Below, piece after piece: positions 1 through 10,971 of a stretch of DNA of 64,000 nucleotides; positions within the stretch are counted from its first letter, which is position 1, and every line of letters begins with the position of its first letter. A program made the translations under genes and the position numbers. The notes under the pieces were generated by a model. It was not told the origin of the DNA, made no database searches, and saw nothing but the letters and a program-made list of their open reading frames with translations. Origin of the DNA: an uncultured Verrucomicrobiae bacterium (GTDB taxonomy: Bacteria; Verrucomicrobiota; Verrucomicrobiia; Limisphaerales; JAFGQR01). Location of the stretch: the NCBI GenBank assembly GCA_963788655.1, contig CAWBHS010000062.1, positions 32,001-96,000 on the forward strand, written 5' to 3'.

Positions 1-969
1 AGCCGCAAAAACGGGCGGCCTATGATCAATACGGCCATGCGGCCTTTGATGCGCGGGCACGCGCCGGCCGCGGCGGATTTGGCGGCGGTTTCCATGATCC
101 TTTCGACATTTTCCGCGAAGTGTTTGGCGGGCGCGGCGGCGGCAGTATTTTTGACGAGCTTTTCGGCAGGCGGTCAAGCCGATCCCACCGCACCACAGCG
201 CGGCGATGACCTGCGTTATGATCTGGAGATTTCGTTCCTCGAAGCAGCGCAAGGGTGCGAGAAGGAAGTGTCCATTCCCAAACTGGAAACGTGCGAACAC
301 TGTCATGGCAGCGGGGCGGAAGCCGGTTCCAAGACACGGATGTGCTCCACGTGCGGCGGACGCGGGCAAGTGGCGATGGCGCGCGGATTTTTCAGCATCA
401 CCCAGACATGTTCGCGCTGCCATGGAGCGGGGCATATTATTGAACATCCCTGCCGCACTTGTCATGGCGCGGGGCGCCGCCGGCACACGTCCAAGATCAC
501 CCTGAAGATTCCGGCGGGCGTGGACACCGGAGCGCGCTTGCGATCCACCGGGAACGGCGAAGCGGGGGTGCGCGGTGGACCGTCGGGGGATCTGTACGTG
601 GCGTTGCACGTCGCGCCGGACGACCTGTTCGAACGGGAAGGGGATGATCTGCTTTGCGAGGTGCCGGTCAGTTTCATCCAGGCGGCTTTGGGATCGGAGA
701 TTGAGGTGCCGACGCTCAATGGCCGGGCACACATTGCCATTCCGGCCGGCACGCAAACGGGCACGGTTTTCCGCCTGAAGGGCAAAGGGGTGAAGAACGT
801 GCAAGGCTATGGATGGGGCGATTTGCACGTCCGCGTGGCCATCGAAGTGCCGACCCGCCTGAATACCGCGCAACGGGAGAAGCTCGAGGAGTTTGCCGCG
901 CTTTGCGATGAGACGGTCAATCCCAGAAGCCAAAGCTTTTTTGAAAAAGCCAAAAATCTGTTCCGATGA
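1..969 (+). CDS. dnaJ: Chaperone DnaJ (5'-truncated by window edge; apparent frameshift near 170)
   Basis: Four CxxCxGxG repeats and C-terminal domain in ORF 22..969; another frame at 1-170 reads the J-domain end and G/F-rich linker ([13 protein letters not shown]...[16 protein letters not shown]). Confidence 0.95.
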   Translation, partial: SRKNGRPMINTAMRPLMRGHAPAAADLAAVSMILSTFSAKCLAGAAAAVFLTSFSAGGQADPTAPQRGDDLRYDLEISFLEAAQGCEKEVSIPKLETCEHCHGSGAEAGSKTRMCSTCGGRGQVAMARGFFSITQTCSRCHGAGHIIEHPCRTCHGAGRRRHTSKITLKIPAGVDTGARLRSTGNGEAGVRGGPSGDLYVALHVAPDDLFEREGDDLLCEVPVSFIQAALGSEIEVPTLNGRAHIAIPAGTQTGTVFRLKGKGVKNVQGYGWGDLHVRVAIEVPTRLNTAQREKLEEFAALCDETVNPRSQSFFEKAKNLFR

Positions 970-1104
970 GCGGGATCGGGACTGACCAAAACTTTGAGGA
1001 TGAACGGCGTCGGCCCCCGAGCACTCTCCGCCACAGTTCGGCATTTGTTCCCATCACTCAACATTTCCATCCCCCGTGTTTGCACGTGTGATGATCTCCG
1101 TTTT

Positions 1105-1859
1105 ATGCACCGATTTTATCTTCCGCCCGAACAGTGTGGTGACACCGCTCTCGTCCTGAGCGGCCGCGAAGCGCACCATGGATTACACGTGTTGCGGCTC
1201 CGCGCCGGTGACCGGGTGGTGGTGCTTGACGGGGTGGGCCATGAGTTCCTGGGCGAAGTGCAGGAGCTGAGCGCGACACGATTCAAATCGCCGTCCGACA
1301 GAAGAATCCGATCCCCCCCCTGCCGTATCAGGTGACCTTGCTGCAAGCGATCCCCCGGGGCAAAACGTTTGACACGATTGTGCAAAAAGCCGCCGAACTG
1401 GGCGTCAGCCGGGTTGTGCCGGTGCTGTCGGAACGGGTGGTGACGCAGCTCCACGACGATCGGGCCGAACACAAGATTGAAAAGTGGCAAACCGCCGCCA
1501 TCGAAGCGATCAAGCAATGCGGCTCCGCCTGGCTGCCGCGGATCGACGTGCCCTTGGCCCCCAAAGCCTTCCTGGGGCAAGGAGAGAAATTTGATCTGCC
1601 GTTGGTGGCCTCGCTGCAGGATGATCGTCGGCACCCGCGCGAATGGTTTCAAAAATTTCACGCGGAACATCAGCAGTCGCCGCAGACCGTTTGTGTCTGG
1701 GTGGGACCGGAAGGCGACTTCACGCCAGCCGAACTGAACGCCATCAAAGGCGCCGGCGCCCTGCCCATCAGCCTGGGACGGTTGGTCCTTCGCAGCGAAA
1801 CCGCCGCGGTTTATTGTTTGTCGGTCCTGAACTACGAACTGCAGGCCGGCGGGAGTTGA
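1105..1859 (+). CDS. rsmE: 16S rRNA m3U1498 methyltransferase RsmE (frameshift near 1268)
   Basis: MHRFYL...HVLRL N-terminus, QKAAELGV, VGPEGDF and LGRLVLRSETAA motifs; follows dnaJ. Confidence 0.92.
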
Positions 1860-1864
1860 ACCGA

Positions 1865-3001
1865 TCAATCACCGGCATGGCCATCGGCCGAACCGATGGT
1901 GGATTGGATCAACACTCGAAACGCCCGCCCTAAGTGTTCCGGGTGAATGAGGGTTTGAAATTGGCGAACGCGAGCCGGGGACCATGGTTCCGCTGGCGGG
2001 CTGGCTGCCCACATCTGTTTGGCAATCCCAGTCAGGAAACGCGACTGCGGCCAAAGACCGTCGGTGCGCAGTCCGACAGCTTCACCTGTGTTTTGCAGGT
2101 GAGTGAAGTTGACGTGCGCGGTGAGATCCTGCTCGCCGGGATTGGCCAAGGGATCCGGCACGAGATGATGCCCCCGGTAGGCGCGCAAGGTGCCATTGGC
2201 GCGCCGCGGATCCAGGAACTCCTCCGCGCACAACCCGTAGTCGATGGTCATCAACTTGCCGGTCTTGAGGACGTGGGCCGCCTGTTTCCACCAAGCGATG
2301 GCCAGTGGACAGATTTCCAGGGTAAATCCATCGGGCAACACCTGCCTGAGCGATTCCGGCAAGTCCAATCCAGCCAGTTGCAGCCAGGTTTCGACGGCCG
2401 CCGGCGAGGCAAGGGGAATTTGCTGCCAATTGAAGCTGCCATCATTGCAGCAATCCACTCCCCATTCAAACCAGACGCGGTTTCCCGCATCCCAGCCGAA
2501 TCGCCGGATTGGGAAAGAGTCGAGCAACTCATTGGAGAAGATGATTCCGGTCACGGCCTGTTCACCCAAGGCTTTCAAGTCGGAAAACCACTGAACTTGC
2601 TCCGGGAAGGCGTCGAGTTTGTTCGCCTGCCAGGCGCGCCGTTCTTCGGATGGTTCGATGATCAGGTATTGGAGTCGCTTGGCCACAGCCGGCCGGTTTT
2701 TGCCCAGCCAGTGCAAAATATCCGCCGCCAATTGCCCATCGTGAGCGCCGGCCTCGACGAGTTGCACCGGCGCCTCCGGCAGCGAGTCGATCCATTCGGC
2801 AAACTGGCAGGCCAGCAATTCGCCAAACAAGGAGCCGGTGCAGGGGCTGGTGTAAAAGTCTCCGCTCCTGCCGATTACGCCGGGCTGGCGCTCATAATAG
2901 CCGGCTTCCGCGTCATACAAGGCCAGTTCCATAAACCGGGCAAACGAGATAACTCCTTGCCGTTGAATTTCCTGGCGCAACCTTTTTGCAATCCGTGTCA
3001 T
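1865..3001 (-). CDS. SAM-dependent methyltransferase, MidA/NDUFAF7 family
   Basis: ISFARFMELALY, GDFYTS, EAGAHDG, FSNELLDSFP, IDYG, QDLTAHVNF. Confidence 0.88.
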   Translation of the reverse strand: MTRIAKRLRQEIQRQGVISFARFMELALYDAEAGYYERQPGVIGRSGDFYTSPCTGSLFGELLACQFAEWIDSLPEAPVQLVEAGAHDGQLAADILHWLGKNRPAVAKRLQYLIIEPSEERRAWQANKLDAFPEQVQWFSDLKALGEQAVTGIIFSNELLDSFPIRRFGWDAGNRVWFEWGVDCCNDGSFNWQQIPLASPAAVETWLQLAGLDLPESLRQVLPDGFTLEICPLAIAWWKQAAHVLKTGKLMTIDYGLCAEEFLDPRRANGTLRAYRGHHLVPDPLANPGEQDLTAHVNFTHLQNTGEAVGLRTDGLWPQSRFLTGIAKQMWAASPPAEPWSPARVRQFQTLIHPEHLGRAFRVLIQSTIGSADGHAGD

Positions 3002-3056
3002 TAAGTTGCCCGCAGACGGGGCTTCGGTATTTGTTTTGCTTCCGCTAGAGGCCTGT

Positions 3057-4153
3057 ATGGCGAAAATCGACGCTTTCTTCAACCTAATGTTCGAGCAAAA
3101 GGCCTCGGATTTGCACCTTTCCTCGGGCAATCCGCCCATCTTGCGCATTCACGGCGAATTGCAGCGGGTTGATTTTCCGCCGCTCGAGAACGATTCGCTC
3201 AAAGCGATGCTCTACGAAATCGCGCCGGAATATAAAATCAAGGTGTTCGAGGAAACCGGCGACGTCGATTTCGGCTACGAAATACCGAATGTCTCGCGGT
3301 TCCGCGCCAATTTCTTCAATCAAAAGAATGGGATCGGCGCCGTTTTCCGGCAGATCCCCAGCAAGGTGGTTACCTTCGAAGATTTTGAAAAAATGGATGC
3401 TCCGTTGCCGCCGGTGCTGAAGAAATTCTCCATGCTTCAGCGCGGGTTGATATTGGTAACCGGCCCTACCGGTTCGGGCAAATCCACCACGTTGGCCGCG
3501 ATGCTGGACTACGCCAATCGCAACCGGCGCGACCATGTATTGACGATTGAAGATCCGATCGAATTTGTCCACGAGAGCAAGAATTGCCTGGTGAACCATC
3601 GCGAAGTAGGCGTCCACACCAAGGCGATTTGCCTCCGCCTTGCGCGGTGCCTTGCGCGAAGATCCCGACGTGATTCTGGTGGGGGAATTGCGGGACCTGG
3701 AGACGATTGAACTGGCCATCACCGCCGCCAGCACGGGCCATTTGGTTTTCGGCACGTTGCACACGCAAAGCGCCGCCAAAACCGTGGATCGCATCATCGA
3801 CGTTTTCCCCGCCGAACAACAAAACAAGATCCGGGCAACCCTGTCCGAAGCCCTGAAGGGGGTGGTCGCGCAAAACTTGTTCAAGCGGGTGGACAAGAAA
3901 GGCCGCGTCGCCGCTCTGGAAGTACTGGTGTTCACCACCGCGGTGGCCAATCTTGATTCGCGAGGGTAAAACGCACCAGATTCCCGGCATGATTCAGGTT
4001 GGCAAAAAACTGGGCAATCAGCCGCTGGATGATTCCATTATGGAACATCTGCGCATGAAGCGGATTTCGCCGGAAGAAGCGTACGACAAGTGTCTGGACA
4101 AACGGAAATTCCGTCCGTTCCTGACCAATCCACCTTTGGACGATGAAGCGTGA
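3057..4153 (+). CDS. pilT: Type IV pilus retraction ATPase PilT (frameshifts near 3630 and 3955)
   Basis: [48 protein letters not shown] and AVANLIREGK across three ORF pieces. Confidence 0.9.
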
Positions 4154-4260
4154 CCGGGACGATCAAGCCAATGAACATGCGGCGTCAACCGGCGACCCCA
4201 AGCCCGGTGGCTGGACGGGGACTTTTCCGGCCGTACGCGGATTCTATTTCCCTGACTAAC

Positions 4261-5465
4261 ATGCGCCGTAACGAGTTGGAATATGTGCTGAGCACCATGC
4301 TGGACTTCAGCAAGGATGTCTCGGATCTCAACTTCACCGTGGACAAACCGCTCCAGGTGGAGGTTTCTGGGGTGCTGACCCCGGTGCAACTGAATCCACC
4401 GATCGAGCGTTTGACACCGTTCCAAACGGAAATGCTCGCGCTCAACCTGATCGGGAACAACCAACGGCTCATCGATGACCTGCTGCGCACCGGTTCCTGC
4501 GATTCGTCCTACTCGCTGATGGACGGGCGCGGTTCCGCATCAATGTGTTTTCCCAGCGCGGCAACTACTCGATCGTGTTGCGCAAACTCAACGCCCGGAT
4601 TCCGACCATTGGCGATCTGAACCTGCCGGACATCGTCCTGCACTCCGCCAAGGAGAAGACCGGCTTGGTGCTGGTGACCGGGGCCACCGGTTCCGGCAAA
4701 TCCACCACCCTGGCCGCGATGCTCGAAGAGATCAATGCCAACGAGGCCATTCACATCATCACGCTGGAAGACCCGGTGGAATTTGTTTACCCGCAGAAGC
4801 AGGCCACCATCAACCAGCGCGAACTGGGCAACGATTTCGACAACTTTTCCAATGGCCTGCGCGCCGCCTTGCGCCAGGCGCCCAAGGTGATTCTGGTGGG
4901 TGAAATGCGGGATCGGGAGACGGTCGAAATCGCCTTGAGCGCCGCGGAAACCGGCCACCTGGTTTTCAGCACGCTGCACACCATTGATGCCGGCCAGACG
5001 ATCAATCGTATTCTGGGCATGTTCGAACCCGACGAACAGGAACAAATCCGCTATCGCCTGGCGGACACGATCCGCTGGATCATCAGCCAGCGCCTGGCAC
5101 CCAAGATTGGCGGCGGCCGCTATCCGCTGGTTGAAATCATGGGCGCAAACTTGCGCACCAAGGAATCGATTGTCTTGGGTGAGAGCGAAGGGAAGAGCTT
5201 CTATGAGATCATTGAAGCCAGCCAAACCTTCGGCTGGCGGACGTTTGACGCCTCCTGCCTGGATGCGTTTGCCCGCGGGATCATTAGCGAGGAGATGGCC
5301 CTGGCCTATTGCAGCAAGCGCGGCATCGTGACCCGGGGCATTGACAATCTCAAGAAGAGCCGCGGCGAGGCGACCTCCAATATCACGGAATTGCGGATGA
5401 CGCCGAAAGCCGATCCGGCCAAGTTCGTTCCCGGGAACGTCCCCGCCTCCCTGCGACTGAAGTAA
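4261..5465 (+). CDS. Second PilT/PilU-family ATPase (frameshift near 4525)
   Basis: VSDLNFTV, GATGSGKST, LEDPVEF, ALRQAPKVILVGEMRD, GHLVFSTLH. Confidence 0.88.
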
Positions 5466-5468
5466 GCC

Positions 5469-5930
5469 ATGACGAACGATTTTGAATTCATCACCGCGAA
5501 CGACAAGCCGGCGCTGCTGGGCTTGTCCACTCCCGAGCTGCAGGAAACGGCGAAAACTGCGTTCGATCAACTGGGCTTTAAAGTTCACACCGCCATCAAC
5601 CATGGGGAACTGCTCTATAAATTTGCCCAGATTCCCTATCAGGTGGTGGTGTTGGAAGAATTGTTCTCCGCTTCCAAACCCGAAGAAAACGAGAGCCTGA
5701 TCGCCTTGCAGCACATGCCGATGAGCCTGCGCCGCCACGCGGTCATTGTTCTCTTCGGTTTTTCGATGGCGACCTTCAATCCCTTGCAGGCCTTCCAATG
5801 CGGCGTGCATGCGGTCGTGAATCCCTCGGAGATGTTCTTGTTGATCCAATTGATTCAAAAGGCCGTGGCGGACAACGACCTTTTCCTGCACTCCTTCCGC
5901 GAAGCGCACAAACGCGGGCGCGTGGCCTAG
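5469..5930 (+). CDS. Conserved hypothetical protein (receiver-like alpha/beta), coupled to the pilT pair
   Basis: 153-aa ORF 3 bp after the ATPase stop; typical codon usage. Confidence 0.7.
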   Translation: MTNDFEFITANDKPALLGLSTPELQETAKTAFDQLGFKVHTAINHGELLYKFAQIPYQVVVLEELFSASKPEENESLIALQHMPMSLRRHAVIVLFGFSMATFNPLQAFQCGVHAVVNPSEMFLLIQLIQKAVADNDLFLHSFREAHKRGRVA

Positions 5931-5947
5931 CGTTCGGCAACAAGTAA

Positions 5948-6307
5948 CGTGCTGTCGGCGTCCCGCCGGCAGAAACGAATGGCGAAGGGCTGTCCAGAAC
6001 CGCAAATATTTTGGATGGCTCAATTAACCGCAAAGTCACGAAGAGCGCATAGAATCTCATCAGCATCCTTTGCGCTCTTCGTGTCTTTGTGGTTAATCAG
6101 GCCATCCCCCGCCATCATCACATTCGAAGTCAATACTCGCCTCACATGGGTTGCGACTCCCCGCACCGGGCACTTGGTAATTGAGTAAAAGTAAGAGCAG
6201 GAGCAAGAGCAGGAATTGAGTTGGCGCTTGTTTGCTTGTTCGACATCAGCGTCAACCCACTTCCGCACGCCCCGTTCCCAACTGCCGGCAGAACGCTGGG
6301 CCGCACG
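5948..6307. repeat. Composite intergenic repeat cluster: REP-A pair enclosing an inverted repeat and hexamer repeats
   Basis: cgtgctgtcggcgtcccgccggcag (5948-5972) and a degenerate inverted copy (6282-6307); IR attaaccgcaaagtcacgaagagcgca / tgcgctcttcgtgtctttgtggttaat (6023-6096); gagcag/gagcaa hexamers near 6195-6213. Confidence 0.75.
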
Positions 6308-6357
6308 CTGAGGTCTTTTTCCTTTTCTGAACGCACCGTTTCCTTCTTAACTGGCGC

Positions 6358-7102
6358 ATGAAACGCCTGGATGTGGCCCTGGTCGAGCGCGGTTTGTGCG
6401 ACAGCCGCGAAAAGGCCAAACGCCTGATCATGGCCGCGCAGGTCAGGATCAACCAACACCCGGCGCGCAAGCCCAGCGACGCGGTCAAAGACACTGACGA
6501 TCTCCGGCTGCTGGCGCGCGAGAAATATGTCAGCCGGGGCGGCCACAAATTGGAGCACGCGCTGCAGCACTTTCAAGTGTCGGTGGGCAACCTGACCGCC
6601 ATTGACCTCGGGGCTTCGACCGGCGGCTTCACCGATTGCTTGCTGCAACACGGCGCTGCTCGCGTGTACGCCGTGGACGTGGGACAGGGGCAACTGGCCT
6701 GGACGTTGCGCCAGGATCCGCGGGTGGTGGTCATGGAACGGACCAATGCCCGGACATTGAGCCCACAGCGATTTCCGGCACCGTTTGCCCCGGTGGAACT
6801 CGTCGTCATCGATTGCTCGTTTATTTCCCTGCGCAAAATCCTGCCCGCCGCCATTGCATTGCTGGGCGCGGCTGGTAGGATCATCGCGCTGGTTAAACCC
6901 CAGTTCGAAGCGGGCAAGGCCGAAGCTGACAAAGGCGAAGGCGTGATTACGGATCCGGCCGTTCACGAGCGGGTGTTGCAGGAGCTTGCGTGAATTCATC
7001 GCCCACGAAACCCCGTTGGTTTGGCGCGGGCTGACCGAATCCCCGCTGCGGGGACCGGCGGGCAACAAAGAATTTTTGGTGCTGCTTGAAAAAGAACCAT
7101 AA
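6358..7102 (+). CDS. tlyA: TlyA family RNA methyltransferase (frameshift near 6990)
   Basis: S4 domain RLDVALVERGL, YVSRGGHKL, DLGASTGGFTD, LVKPQFE; shifted frame ends SPLRGPAGNKEFL. Confidence 0.92.
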
Positions 7103-7971
7103 ATCCATCCGGCGCGTTGGGCTGATCGCCAACTCGGACAAGGCGGCTTGCGGCAAACTGGTCCAGCGCGCGGCTCAACTCATCCACGAAGACGGGACGG
7201 ACGGTCTTCGCCGACCAGGCCACCGCCGAATTGGTCGGTTGGAAAAAGGAAACCTATGCCGACGCGGCCTCCCTGACGAAGCGGGTGGACCTGTTGATTG
7301 TCTTTGGCGGCGACGGGACGATGTTGCGGGTGGCGCGAGACATTGCCGGTTCCACGACGCCGATCCTGGGCATCAACGCCGGGGGATTGGGCTTTCTGAC
7401 CGATGTCCAGGCCCATCAAATGCCGCTGGCCTTGAACCAGGTTTGGGCCGGCGAAACCCAGTTGGCTTCGCGCTCCATGATCGAGGCCACAGGCCGGGTC
7501 GAAGGACGGGTGGTGAAGTTGCCGGCGTTGAACGACATTGTAATCTCGCGCGGCTTTGCACCCCACCTGGTGGATTTGGAAGTGACTGTGGACGGCGATA
7601 TTCTCACGCGCTATCGCTGCGACGGTTTAATCGTGTGTTCCCCCACCGGTTCGACGGCTTACTCCCTGTCGGCGGGCGGCGCCATTGTCGGCCCAACGGC
7701 GGAGGTGTTCGCTCTCACACCGATTTGTCCGCACACGTTGTCCAATCGCTCGGTGATCGTCGGATTGCAGTCCACTCTCCGCGTCAAGGTGTTGACCGCC
7801 AAGGCGGATACGGTGTTGTCAGCGGATGGCCAGGGGCCCACCCCCTTGACCTGCGGCGACATCATCACCATCCGCCGGAGCCGCCATGCCATCCGGTTTT
7901 TGCATTTGGCCGGCAGCAGCTTTTACGACACGCTGCGACGCAAGTTGAACTGGCGTGGCGCCAGTGTGTGA
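7086..7971 (+). CDS. nadK: NAD(+) kinase (frameshift near 7190)
   Basis: GGDGTML, GINAGGLGFL, ALND, DGLIVCSPTGSTAYSLSAGG. Confidence 0.93.
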
Positions 7972-8041
7972 GCGGGGGCAGGATTGGTTTCTTCCTGTCC
8001 GGAATTGAATTGCGAACGGAAGAGAAAGGCAGAACAGGCTT

Positions 8042-9070
8042 ATGGTACGCTTGAAAGATGTGGCCGCCCGCGCAGGGGTGTCCATCATGACCGTCTCCAA
8101 AGTGATGCGCGACGCATCGGACATTTCCGCGGCCACCAAGGCCCGGGTCCGGCAATTAGCCCTCCAGATGGGTTACATGCCCGATGCCATGGCGCAAAGC
8201 CTGCGCACCCGCACCACCAAGCTTTTTGGCCTGGTCGTTTCCACGGTGACTAATCCCATTGTAGCTCGCGTGGTGATGGCCATCGAAGGACAGGCCTTCG
8301 CGATGGGTTATGATCTGCTCGTAGCCCATTCACTCAACCTGCCGGAACGCGAGGAGCAAGTCATTCGCAAGATGCTGTCACGCCGGGTCGAAGGGCTGTT
8401 CATTTCGCCGGTGTACCGGTTGAAACCGCAAGCGCCCATTTACGAAGAACTCAGCAAACGGAACACGCCGACAGTCATCCTGGGCCAACGCGCACCGTTT
8501 TGCGAAAAGTTCACGGGGGTCGAGGTCGATGACCTGGCCGCCAGTTACCAAGTCACTAAGCATCTGTTGGAACTGGGGCATCGGCGGATTGCTTTCTTTG
8601 CCGGGGCGCAACTGTGGCCGTATTCCCAGGAACGCCTGGAAGGCTACCGGCGGGCGCTGCGCGATGCGAACGTCCCCTGGGATGACCGGTTGGTCTTTCT
8701 CGCCAGCAGCACGATCGAGGGAGGAGAGAAGACGACTCTGCAAATGTTGAACGAATCGCCCCAGGCCACCGCGATCCAGGCGGTCAACGATCAGGTGGCC
8801 ATTGGCGCCGTCAATGTTTTGTTGAATCAGGGGCTGCGCATTCCGGCCGATGTGTCAGTGGCCGGTTATGGCAACATTATGGCCAGCGAATATTTCCAAG
8901 TGCCCTTGACCACCGTCAACCACCCCAAAATGCGGCTGGGGCTGGCAGCCACGGAACTCATGCAGCAATTGCTGAAACAGGAACGGCCGGAATCCAAACG
9001 GCTGGGCGCCGAGTTGGTGGTCCGCAGCAGCACCGGCCCCGCGCCGTCACGAAAAAGTCCGGCTCCCTGA
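8042..9070 (+). CDS. LacI-family transcriptional regulator
   Basis: LKDVAARAGVSIMTVS HTH; sugar-binding domain with DVSVAGY and PLTTV. Confidence 0.95.
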   Translation: MVRLKDVAARAGVSIMTVSKVMRDASDISAATKARVRQLALQMGYMPDAMAQSLRTRTTKLFGLVVSTVTNPIVARVVMAIEGQAFAMGYDLLVAHSLNLPEREEQVIRKMLSRRVEGLFISPVYRLKPQAPIYEELSKRNTPTVILGQRAPFCEKFTGVEVDDLAASYQVTKHLLELGHRRIAFFAGAQLWPYSQERLEGYRRALRDANVPWDDRLVFLASSTIEGGEKTTLQMLNESPQATAIQAVNDQVAIGAVNVLLNQGLRIPADVSVAGYGNIMASEYFQVPLTTVNHPKMRLGLAATELMQQLLKQERPESKRLGAELVVRSSTGPAPSRKSPAP

Positions 9071-9118
9071 TCAACCCCACCTCCGGCGTGCCGCGTGCGT
9101 GCTCACTCCTCCCCTGCC

Positions 9119-10615
9119 CTACTGCTCGCCAAGTTGTTGCAGAATCTTCAGGCAGCGTTCATTGAGCTCGCTCGCTCGCGGTGAGGACGCCGCTTCCGTG
9201 TAACATCGAAATTCCGGGGCATTACCCGACGGTCGCAGATGAACAATTTCGTCGTTGGCGAACGTCACGCGCACTCCGTCCGTCCGATCAATCGCCACGA
9301 CCGGTCCGTTCTCAGTTCCAAAAACCGCCACCAGTGCTTGTTTATCTTCGTCGGCGTTGCCCGTATTGAATCGCTCCAAAATAGCCCGGCTGCGGGCCGT
9401 CGGAAAATTCTTCAACCGGTCGCTGGCCGTGTAACGGGTGGGCAGTGAAGCCGTCAGTTGGCTGAGGGTCCGCTGCTCGCGACGTGCCAGCAACAAGACG
9501 CTTAACAGCAAAATCATCGCGTCGCGCGTGGGCAAAGCCCGCAGTGTTTTTCCACCCAGACCAAGGTCCGAATTGATAAGAAAGCCGCCGTTGGCTTCGT
9601 AACCAACGACGCGCCGGGCCCCCTGGGCCGAGGCTTCAATCATGGAAGTAATCACGTAGGGCGAGCCAATCCGGGTACGCCGGACTTCGTTGAACCAGCC
9701 ACATTTCTCAACGGCGGTATTGCAACTGACCGGCGTGCTCACCGAGTCGGCTTCCAAATATCGGGCGCACAAAATTCCGGCGACGTCACCGCGCAGCCAG
9801 TTACCCTGCTCGTCACTGATCAGGGGCCGATCACTGTCCCCGTCCGTGGAGACAATGGCGTCGAAACGGTGCGGCGCCGCCCACTGCCGCGCGAGTTGGA
9901 TGTCCTCGGGTCGGATGGCCTCGGTATCCACCGGGATGAATTTCTCCGAACGCCCTAAGGGAACGGTTTCCGCTCCCAGACCATGCAAGATCTCGAGCAA
10001 CAACTCCCGTCCGACCGCTGAATGCTGGTACACGCCCAATCGCAGGCCGCGCAAACAATCCGGCGGAAAGGCCTCCAGATACCGCGCCGCGTAGGCCTGG
10101 CGGGCATAGTCCTGCACCAACCAAGCCGTGTCTGCCTGCCGCACCAGGCTGCCCTGCTCATCAAACAATTGGTCTTCGATTTCGATTATCTGCTGACGAA
10201 TGCCCGCCTCGTCCGGCTTCAGAATTTCGCCGGCGCACTTGTTGAATTTGATACCGTTGCGGTCATCGGGGATGTGGCTGCCAGTGACCATCACGGCCGG
10301 TATTCTCTGGACCAGGCCAAATAACGCGACCGCCGGTGACGGAATCCTGCCGCAGTTCACCGCGATGCAGCCCAAATCCGTCGCGGCCCGGCACACCGCC
10401 TCGACGATACGGTCGGTGCTGGGCCGCAAATCTCCGGCGACGGCCACCTGGGTGCCCGAACCGGTAATTTCGCCGACAGATTGCAGGTACTGCAAGAATC
10501 CCCGCGTATAGGCGTAACACACCCGGTCGGTCATGGCGTCCGCCAGACCACGCGCGCCGCTGGTGCCGAACTGGACGCCCGACTGCTCCATCAATTCTTC
10601 AATGCTGATTTTCAT
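9119..10615 (-). CDS. Phosphomannomutase/phosphoglucomutase
   Basis: FGTSGARG, VTGSHIP (phosphoserine), DGDSDR, GYEANGG, RPSGNAPEFRCY. Confidence 0.93.
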   Translation of the reverse strand: MKISIEELMEQSGVQFGTSGARGLADAMTDRVCYAYTRGFLQYLQSVGEITGSGTQVAVAGDLRPSTDRIVEAVCRAATDLGCIAVNCGRIPSPAVALFGLVQRIPAVMVTGSHIPDDRNGIKFNKCAGEILKPDEAGIRQQIIEIEDQLFDEQGSLVRQADTAWLVQDYARQAYAARYLEAFPPDCLRGLRLGVYQHSAVGRELLLEILHGLGAETVPLGRSEKFIPVDTEAIRPEDIQLARQWAAPHRFDAIVSTDGDSDRPLISDEQGNWLRGDVAGILCARYLEADSVSTPVSCNTAVEKCGWFNEVRRTRIGSPYVITSMIEASAQGARRVVGYEANGGFLINSDLGLGGKTLRALPTRDAMILLLSVLLLARREQRTLSQLTASLPTRYTASDRLKNFPTARSRAILERFNTGNADEDKQALVAVFGTENGPVVAIDRTDGVRVTFANDEIVHLRPSGNAPEFRCYTEAASSPRASELNERCLKILQQLGEQ

Positions 10616-10916
10616 GCTGTGCTAAGCCACCACGGACCAACCAACTGCTTTCGAGGATTAGAAGTAGAAGCAAACCACGCGCCAGTCAATGCAGCCAGCA
10701 GTGCAGTGGTGAAAGGTTGAAACGGAAGAACGCTTTGTGGCTGCTTACGAACAATTTCGATTGTTGCCGTACCGGGCAGCGTAGCCGCAATCCAAGTAGC
10801 GTGAATATCGACTTCGAACGTCGTGACGTGGGTGGATAGCCTGATTCCAGACTGTTTGTGGTCGAGGAGATTTGGGGCGTGGCTCAGCACCCCGGTGGCG
10901 TAACCCCAGCGGGAAA

Positions 10917-10941
10917 GGGCTCGACGGAGTCTCGCCCTACC
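10917..10941 (-). repeat. Single GTAG-type REP-like palindrome
   Basis: Minus strand reads ggtagggcgagactccgtcgagccc. Confidence 0.55.
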
Positions 10942-10971
10942 GTTCGCTCTCACGCAACGGGACCGCAGCCC

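Noticed and set aside
6358..7102. TlyA as a haemolysin or virulence factor
   Set aside because: The tlyA-nadK arrangement is a widespread housekeeping context
3057..7971. Programmed frameshifting or pseudogenisation of pilT, tlyA and nadK
   Set aside because: No consistent slippery motif, and the same breaks occur window-wide in housekeeping genes, so assembly error is more likely
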